Shown: in pieces, positions 32,745-35,885 of the stretch | Layout of the letters: every line of letters starts with the position of its first letter | Numbering within the stretch: the first letter of the stretch is position 1 | Virus record (IMG/VR): IMGVR_UViG_3300033507_000016 | Coordinates: 1-35,885 of that record | Reading direction: 5' to 3' (one strand) | From: a virus | Taxonomy: Duplodnaviria > Caudoviricetes | Length of the DNA: 35,885 bases | Translations under genes and position numbers: made by a program | The notes under the pieces: model-generated | The model's input: the letters and a program-made list of their open reading frames with translations, nothing else | Database searches by the model: none | Told to the model about the DNA's origin: nothing

Positions 32745-34628
32745 TTACTTACTTAAAGACTGTGCTTGTGCTTGAAGCAACAATTTTGTAACAGTTAAAT
32801 TCTCGTTGTTCGTATTATTCTCAAGGATATATTGCAAATAGGTAAACTTCTTAACCTTTGCCCTGATTCTGTTAGGTTGTGGGTTAATGTTACCTTTGAA
32901 TGAAAAGTTTCTAAAGTCGATGTTATTAAAGTTTAGTAGATTATACGAAACAGTGCTAGTTGGAGCATTGGTCTCATACACCTTATCAGTAACAAACTTG
33001 ATACTTGCAGAAGTCCTAGTAGATGGTGAGATAGCTAACCACTCGTCCCTCATAATCTTTCTGTAATTAAGTTGACCGAAGTCGCTAAAACCACTCTTTA
33101 GAATACAAGGTATGTTATCGCCTAATGTCATTTTATCAGCTAAATAACCTTTATCAAAACGATTAATTTTAGAACCGGATATGAAGTAAACTTTACCTTC
33201 TACGCTCATAAATTCGCTTGCTGATACGTTAGTGTATGAGTAGAAAGTATCGTTACCGTAGTTGTAGACATATACCTTATCACCGATGTTGCACCAATAT
33301 TCCTTTTCATCTTGATTGTCATAGGTCACAGCGGTTTTTAAGTCCTCGTCTTGTAGAGAAATCTTGTAGCGGTCGCTGATAATATTAGCATTTCTCTCAC
33401 TCTCGATACCTGTTGTTGAATCCCATAACCACATTGACGAACCGTATAAGCTGATAGGGTTGTTCTCAATTAATTGTACCATTTTCGGAGCAACATTACC
33501 AACAGCTTCGTTAAGGTCTTGATATGGGAAGTCGTAAGGGTTAACACCTTTGTTTGTCGCATACACAGGGTTAGGAGTAGGGTTGATTATCTTAGTACCG
33601 TTACCACTCTTAAACGCTAACAACGATTGATACTGCGGAACTAGGTCAGTGAGTGCAAATTGGTCTGTGCCTACTTTAACAAACGCATCTGCTGGAAAGT
33701 AGTTAGGTTTGCCTACCATTGAGTATCTAAACACGTTCTTTTCAACTGAGTTACCAAATATAAAGATGTTTGTGTCATTGCCTACACCAAAGTCAATGGC
33801 GTATGGGTGTCCGTATATTAGACTAGGATTAGCTGTAGAAGCTTTGCCCCACTGTATAATTACTTTAGCTAGGTTAACAGGTGCTACTGTGAATGTAACA
33901 GTACCATTAGGAAAGCTATAGGTAAATGCGGTTGTAGCTACTCCGTTAACTGTCACAATAGGCGCAACGTTATCTATATTAGTCTCTGCTAGTTGATAGA
34001 CAGTAGCTGTTCCGTTAGCGATAAACTCTTGTTTCTTAGTAGCTGTCAATATATTCTGCTGTTCAAACGCTGTTCCGCCACCCGTTGGAGGTGTTGCAAT
34101 TGCAATCGTTGGAACGTATGCGACTACATCGCTTAGCGTTGTGCCGTCATACTGTTTATACTGTGTTGAATTTCTGATCAGAACGACACCGTTAAACCAA
34201 ATAAAGCTAGTCTTAGTGTCTGCTAATGCACCAACAACAACTAAAGGTGGTGTAGCGCCTTCGTCCCATATCTTGCTATCGTCCCACGCTATATCATCGT
34301 CCCACACGGCACCGAGTAAAGCATCAATATCAACCGATTCAGATTCAATTGTCAAGTCACGCTTGTATAGGTTGCCACCGTGTGAGAATAGAATCACAGG
34401 TACTTCGTTAAACTTACCATACCACATGCCACGGATAGCGCCATCTGCCACAATATACTCATGATGACCTGGTCTTTTCTCAGGCTTGAAATTCTTAGTA
34501 ATTCTAAAGTTTTCCTGTACAACTGACTCGCCTAGTTTAATTTCAGTGTCGCCTACTGCTTCATTAACCCCCAACCATTTATTAATCTCTATGGGTTTAG
34601 GCGTTGGATTCTGTTTCATTATAGCCAT
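32745..34628 (-). CDS. Tail nozzle / packaged-DNA stabilisation protein (P22 gp10 / tubular protein B-like)
   Basis: 627-aa beta-propeller-like sequence (KWLGVN, LEKRPG-like PEKRPG, YS..GKPNYFP, VYVYNY) following the adaptor. Confidence 0.7.
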   Translation of the reverse strand: MAIMKQNPTPKPIEINKWLGVNEAVGDTEIKLGESVVQENFRITKNFKPEKRPGHHEYIVADGAIRGMWYGKFNEVPVILFSHGGNLYKRDLTIESESVDIDALLGAVWDDDIAWDDSKIWDEGATPPLVVVGALADTKTSFIWFNGVVLIRNSTQYKQYDGTTLSDVVAYVPTIAIATPPTGGGTAFEQQNILTATKKQEFIANGTATVYQLAETNIDNVAPIVTVNGVATTAFTYSFPNGTVTFTVAPVNLAKVIIQWGKASTANPSLIYGHPYAIDFGVGNDTNIFIFGNSVEKNVFRYSMVGKPNYFPADAFVKVGTDQFALTDLVPQYQSLLAFKSGNGTKIINPTPNPVYATNKGVNPYDFPYQDLNEAVGNVAPKMVQLIENNPISLYGSSMWLWDSTTGIESERNANIISDRYKISLQDEDLKTAVTYDNQDEKEYWCNIGDKVYVYNYGNDTFYSYTNVSASEFMSVEGKVYFISGSKINRFDKGYLADKMTLGDNIPCILKSGFSDFGQLNYRKIMRDEWLAISPSTRTSASIKFVTDKVYETNAPTSTVSYNLLNFNNIDFRNFSFKGNINPQPNRIRAKVKKFTYLQYILENNTNNENLTVTKLLLQAQAQSLSK

Positions 34629-34637
34629 AATTACCCC

Positions 34638-35552
34638 CTAGAATGAATAGACATCGAGTATAGCTTGCTCACTTGCTGGTTGACCCTTCATAGAATCAAT
34701 CTTTAATTCGTTGGATTTCTGTTCAAAGTAGTTAGCTACTCCAGGGTTTTCTTCTAACGCCACCTTAGCAGCTACATAATATGTGATGAATTGAATCGCT
34801 TTAGGATTGATCACTGGCAGTGTATCAGTAAAGCTAGTGATGTAAGTAGGAATAGGTGAGTAAATCACTCTGAGTTCACCGTTGTAATCGTAGCTAACGA
34901 ACAATTCGTTATGGCCTTCAAACTTGTAATAGCTGTCAATTTGATAATTCTTAACAGGAAACTCACTAACAATCTTGTCTAGTGTGCCAAAGTCAGAAGG
35001 TAAGATGTACTTAATCCAACCACCGTACTCAGGAATATCTGCTAACTTGAACGGAAAGGCGTATAAAGCCACATTAGAGAAGCGATAATAGGTTGTGCCA
35101 GTAAAGACTAATCTAACTTCGTTCGTTGCGCTAGATGGCGTTATAAGCCCTTTAAACGATGTGAGTTCTGTTGTTCCTGTGGTGTTAATAGTGGATAGAG
35201 TAGTCCATACCCCTAGAACATTTTCCTCTATGCGAACAATTGCATCGTTATCTACTTCAAAATAGTAGGATTTAGCACCTGTTACGCCAATTGTTGGCAC
35301 ATCTTCGCCAATAAATTCATCTAACTTGAGATATGCACCGTTACCAAGTAAGTTAGGCGTAGGAATCCTGGTAATCTTGTGAGTCTTAAGCGTTCTAGTC
35401 TTGTCGTAAATCTCTTGCATAGCCATATTGATAAAACGTATAGCGTTAGTGTCAATGGTAGCTGTGGCAGAAGGTGGCGCAATCACACCACCCTCATTAT
35501 ACTCAGCTAACAAAGCATGTACATCATATAAAATGCTTTGTACTGTTGTCAT
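34638..35552 (-). CDS. Head-tail adaptor (tubular protein A / P22 gp4-like) with an inserted beta domain
   Basis: MTTVQSIL..., FINMAMQEI, YILPSDF and FITYYVAAK adaptor-type motifs. Confidence 0.65.
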   Translation of the reverse strand: MTTVQSILYDVHALLAEYNEGGVIAPPSATATIDTNAIRFINMAMQEIYDKTRTLKTHKITRIPTPNLLGNGAYLKLDEFIGEDVPTIGVTGAKSYYFEVDNDAIVRIEENVLGVWTTLSTINTTGTTELTSFKGLITPSSATNEVRLVFTGTTYYRFSNVALYAFPFKLADIPEYGGWIKYILPSDFGTLDKIVSEFPVKNYQIDSYYKFEGHNELFVSYDYNGELRVIYSPIPTYITSFTDTLPVINPKAIQFITYYVAAKVALEENPGVANYFEQKSNELKIDSMKGQPASEQAILDVYSF

Positions 35553-35553
35553 G

Positions 35554-35885
35554 TTATACCTCGCTAATCATAAATTCAGAGCCGATACCAAGTGTTACAG
35601 TGCCAGCATCTCGTTTAGCTACAATTGTAATCTCATCATATGGGTCTAGGTCAATTGGAATCATAATAGGAATTGTTTGTGTAGCATCACCGCTAAATCT
35701 AGCGATACTTACTTGAGTTGTGTCTGTCACAGCTCCACCTACGAACTTTTTAATCCTGACTGCAACTGTAACTTCACTAGACCCACCGCCTGAGCGAGTA
35801 ACTATCAATGAGCCACGCACAACAATTGTTAGCGGAGTGATTGACATGTATTTGAACCATAGGAATGTTGAACGGTTAAACGTCT
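35554..35885 (-). CDS. 3' part of the 353-aa origin-spanning structural protein
   Basis: The track ORF 35554..35847 is the C-terminal 97 aa of the gene starting at 871. Confidence 0.8.
   Translation of the reverse strand, partial: TFNRSTFLWFKYMSITPLTIVVRGSLIVTRSGGGSSEVTVAVRIKKFVGGAVTDTTQVSIARFSGDATQTIPIMIPIDLDPYDEITIVAKRDAGTVTLGIGSEFMISEV
35745..35885. repeat. Second copy of the 141-bp end repeat
   Basis: Identical to 1-141. Confidence 0.95.

Noticed and set aside
3387-35716. Numerous antisense or nested ORFs in the track (e.g. 3387+, 5082+, 9774+, 15161-, 17798-, 22851-, 32137+, 34141+)
   Set aside because: They overlap well-supported genes on the opposite strand or frame and show no convincing RBS or motif.
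1-35885. tRNA or rRNA genes
   Set aside because: None recognised by eye, and the intergenic gaps are short and accounted for. tRNAscan-SE would settle it.

Overview
This window looks like a complete, circularly assembled tailed-phage genome of about 35,744 bp: bases 1-141 recur exactly at 35745-35885, and one 353-codon gene runs across that junction. SigA-type promoters, strong G-rich Shine-Dalgarno sites, an M23 endolysin and the gene families suggest a low-GC Firmicutes (Bacillota) host (inference). The minus strand carries the late module: TerS, TerL, P22-like portal, scaffold, major capsid, candidate head spike, adaptor, nozzle, tail fibre, two probable ejection proteins and lysis genes. 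No tape measure, major tail or sheath gene was recognised, which implies a podovirus. The plus strand (11.2-24.1 kb) carries early and replication genes: Gp157, ERF, XRE HTHs, an initiator with iterons, a primase-helicase, RusA, SSB, AbrB-like, DUF3102, ORF6C and many mini-ORFs. No integrase was recognised. Main finding: the terminase large subunit is a fractured gene. TerL-N ends in a 94-aa N-intein (CLSGDT...TGNH), a free-standing HNH endonuclease with its own promoter follows, and a separate 78-aa ORF carries a 36-aa C-intein (...VVHN) fused to the last 42 residues of TerL, including the probable nuclease active-site Asp. Packaging should therefore need protein trans-splicing. Other notable items: a second iteron-bearing initiator behind a pseudoknot-forming RNA leader, an ART-PolyVal-like ADP-ribosyltransferase domain in the 1482-aa virion protein, an RcGTA-like head-spike pair, and a 23-aa (PPK)5 peptide in the lysis operon. 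Family calls come from motif recognition, not database searches.
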